Source: Porphyridium purpureum (taxonomy: Eukaryota). From it: DNA of 64,000 nucleotides. The stretch is taken from assembly GCA_008690995.1 (NCBI GenBank), contig VRMN01000001.1, positions 2,480,001-2,544,000 on the forward strand, read 5' to 3'. The notes beneath the pieces are model-generated. The model made no database searches, was not told the origin of the DNA, and saw only the letters and a program-made list of their open reading frames with translations. The position numbers were made by a program, and so were the translations under genes. This document shows, one piece after another, positions 61,733 to 64,000 of this stretch. Position 1 is the first letter of the stretch; the number at the start of each line of letters is the position of its first letter.

Positions 61733-63283
61733 CTATCTTTCGCTTTCGTGCAACGATAAAACCGCGCGAACCTCAGCCGCAGCAAACTCCAAGTCTTCAG
61801 CTTCATGGCCTGCAGAAATCGCGATCCGTAGGCCAGGAATGCTCAATGAACCATTGTACAGCTCTGCCTGGTGTGGAACTGCAACCATCACGCCCCTAGG
61901 CAGAAGAGCATCACGAATGTTTAGAAGACGGCGTTGCTGCTGTGCCAAAGCCGCTGCATTCTCACAGGACGTTTCTTCTGCCGGTCGAATGAAGATCAGC
62001 GGGGACAAAACGTCACCGTCTACCTTCCATGCATCACTAATTTTGACGGCGCCTGCAGTGAAAAACTCACCACACAGTGCCTTGCGGAACACCTGCACAT
62101 TCCGGCGGAGCTTATCCGTGCGGGCTTTACCTTCCTGCTCGAGAATGTGAATGGCCTCAACGCAAGCAGTTGCCAAGAAGGGTGGCTGGGCAGCAGAAAA
62201 GCAGTATCCAGCACCAGAAAGCCGCTGGTGCCGAACCACAGTCGGTTCGCCGCAGCAAAAGCCTCCCACTGAACATAGTGCATTGCCAGCGTCTGCCATT
62301 GTGATGTCCACATCTGCGCGTTGAAGCCCAAAGTGCTCGACCAAACCGCGACCAGATGCACCAAGTGCGCCCAAGGAATAACTCTCATCTAACATGATGC
62401 GAAACTTGTACTTGTTGCGGAACTCCACCAGCTTGTCGAGTCGTGCTATTGTACCATATGTGCTATTAATGGCCTCCACCACCACAAAGCGGCGCTGCGT
62501 CATGCGCGCTCGCGGTTTATCACGAGCCACTACGTGTTGAATGATTTGCTCGAGCTCGTCGTAGTCGCCCGCCTTGAAGTATTTCACAATCGAGCGCGAA
62601 AGCGTCACGCCATTCTGTATGGAGAAGTTGCAGCCTTCCTCACAAACCACAAGGTCGTCACGCTTACAGAACGCTGGAATGACAGAGGACGGGACTGAGG
62701 ATCCGAAGCTGTACGAAATGCACTCAGGAGCGCCTGTCCACTTTGCAAAGACCTCTTCGCAGCGCATGTGCTCAGTCGTTGTGCCGTAAAATCCTCTTGG
62801 CCCGCATGAGCCGAGGCCAAATTGCTGCATGGTGCGTACACACGCATCCTCGACGCGCACGTCACCGAGCACATTCGCGAAATTTGTTGCGGCGAGATTG
62901 AGCACGTTTTTGTGGTTGTCCACATCGCACCTTGGCATGGCTGCGGACGAAAGCTGCAGCACGGCACTTCGATTTGCCTCGAGCAGGTCCATCTCAGCTT
63001 TCCGCGGCGCGTCAGCCAGTGGCGCCGGCCGCCAGCTCGCAATCAGCGCGGCCTTTTCCTGCTCGCTGAGCGTCTGCGCATCACCCCTCCCACGCGTGTG
63101 TCGTTGCTGCAGCTGCTGCTGGCCGCTGCTGCTCTTTCTCTTTTTCGACTGCAGCTTGTACGAGCGCTGAATGAGGAAATACACGGTCATGACCAGCGCC
63201 AGCGCCTCAATGACATGGAAATGAATCCCCAGCGACAGCCATCGCTGCACCGTCGCAGACTCCAGCACAAACGTCAACGGCAT
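61733..63283 (-). CDS. LCB1: Serine palmitoyltransferase subunit 1 (LCB1)
   Basis: GSCGPRGFYGT, IPAFCKRDD, LDESYSLGALGASGRG, HQRLSGAGYCFSAAQPP; N-terminal TM. Confidence 0.93.
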   Translation of the reverse strand: MPLTFVLESATVQRWLSLGIHFHVIEALALVMTVYFLIQRSYKLQSKKRKSSSGQQQLQQRHTRGRGDAQTLSEQEKAALIASWRPAPLADAPRKAEMDLLEANRSAVLQLSSAAMPRCDVDNHKNVLNLAATNFANVLGDVRVEDACVRTMQQFGLGSCGPRGFYGTTTEHMRCEEVFAKWTGAPECISYSFGSSVPSSVIPAFCKRDDLVVCEEGCNFSIQNGVTLSRSIVKYFKAGDYDELEQIIQHVVARDKPRARMTQRRFVVVEAINSTYGTIARLDKLVEFRNKYKFRIMLDESYSLGALGASGRGLVEHFGLQRADVDITMADAGNALCSVGGFCCGEPTVVRHQRLSGAGYCFSAAQPPFLATACVEAIHILEQEGKARTDKLRRNVQVFRKALCGEFFTAGAVKISDAWKVDGDVLSPLIFIRPAEETSCENAAALAQQQRRLLNIRDALLPRGVMVAVPHQAELYNGSLSIPGLRIAISAGHEAEDLEFAAAEVRAVLSLHESER

Positions 63284-63639
63284 GCTTCCTCTCCCGCAAC
63301 GCACACATGCACGCACGCGCCGCCGCCGCGCGATACTTCCACACCACCGCGACTCACCTCACCTCCGCATCCGCGCCTTCCTCCCGCTCCCACTCACCTC
63401 TCAGTTTTCAAAAATCCGCCCGCGCACGAGAAAGCATTAGGGTTTCTCGTTAGAGGTACAGTGAATGAAGTACACTGGATGTACACTTAGGTACATGTGC
63501 TGTACTTGCCCTGATGACGCGGGTACAGTGTGACCCAGCGTGTGCGCCGGCGCGTGTGTGCGGGCGAGTGGCGCGAGAGAATGCGCTTCGGTGTGTGTGT
63601 GGGGGTGGGTGTGTGGGTGCGTGGGGCGATGCTGAGGGC

Positions 63640-64000
63640 ATGACGGCAGAGAGCAAGCGACAGCGCGTGCACGAATCGGGTGCGGCAGACAGTGGACGCC
63701 CAGTGAGGAGCGGCGCCATGAAGAAATTGGGCACTCACGATGGAACGTTTCACTGCGACGAGGCGTTCGCGATTTACATGCTGAGGCTTTTGGATGAGTA
63801 CAAGGATGCCGAGGTCGTGCGCAGTCGAGACCCAAAGGTTTGGGAAGGCGTCGACGTGCTGGTGGATGTAGGCGCAGTATATGATCACCAGGCGAAGCGG
63901 TATGATCACCATCAGCGGGGCTTTGAAGAGTTCTTCTCTCTCGAGCGCAGTGAGATCAAGCTCAGTTCGGCTGGGCTCGTGTACAAGCACTACGGGCGCG
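63640..64000 (+). CDS. MYG1: MYG1 exonuclease (5' part, runs off the window; missing from the ORF track)
   Basis: From ATG 63718 (in-frame ATG also at 63640): [14 protein letters not shown]...VRSRDP...VDVGAVYD...YDHHQRGF...[13 protein letters not shown]. Confidence 0.93.
   Translation, partial: MTAESKRQRVHESGAADSGRPVRSGAMKKLGTHDGTFHCDEAFAIYMLRLLDEYKDAEVVRSRDPKVWEGVDVLVDVGAVYDHQAKRYDHHQRGFEEFFSLERSEIKLSSAGLVYKHYGR

Noticed and set aside
63436..63445. Telo-box-like ATTAGGGTTT between LCB1 and MYG1
   Set aside because: A single short match; cannot be distinguished from chance
1..64000. tRNA, rRNA or snRNA genes
   Set aside because: No convincing cloverleaf or conserved snRNA/rRNA signature seen by eye; needs tRNAscan-SE/Infernal

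Overview
Gene-dense, nearly intron-free, GC-rich eukaryotic nuclear DNA. It is most consistent with a unicellular red alga (Porphyridium-like). This is an inference from Phe-led plastid transit peptides, mTERF, HLIP/OHP genes, a UhpC-type transporter and one spliceosomal intron. About 30 genes are recognisable: RPP21, AP1M, an AT3-SGNH O-acyltransferase, mTERF, tandem Rid, TAF4, QueE, GH47, RBM26-like, ABHD17, UhpC, LAP, ORC4, a RING E3, a PQQ sugar dehydrogenase, CDC6, CstF64, a SANT protein, uL13m, a bromodomain protein, two HLIPs, an amidinotransferase, PAP2, DUSP12, RNase H1, LCB1 and MYG1. The standout is an intact 5401-bp LTR retrotransposon (36877-42277, minus strand). It has a Ty3/gypsy-type Gag and protease, a -1 frameshift signal, and Ty1/copia-type IN-RT-RH. 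Its two 302-bp LTRs look identical and end in non-canonical CG...CG termini inside a CTTTT target-site duplication. It inserted into a predicted E2F site upstream of CDC6. Other notable items are an intron-containing QueE (a bacterial queuosine-pathway enzyme) and a recurrent GTACA motif clustered at promoters. All family calls come from motif recognition by eye; no searches were run.
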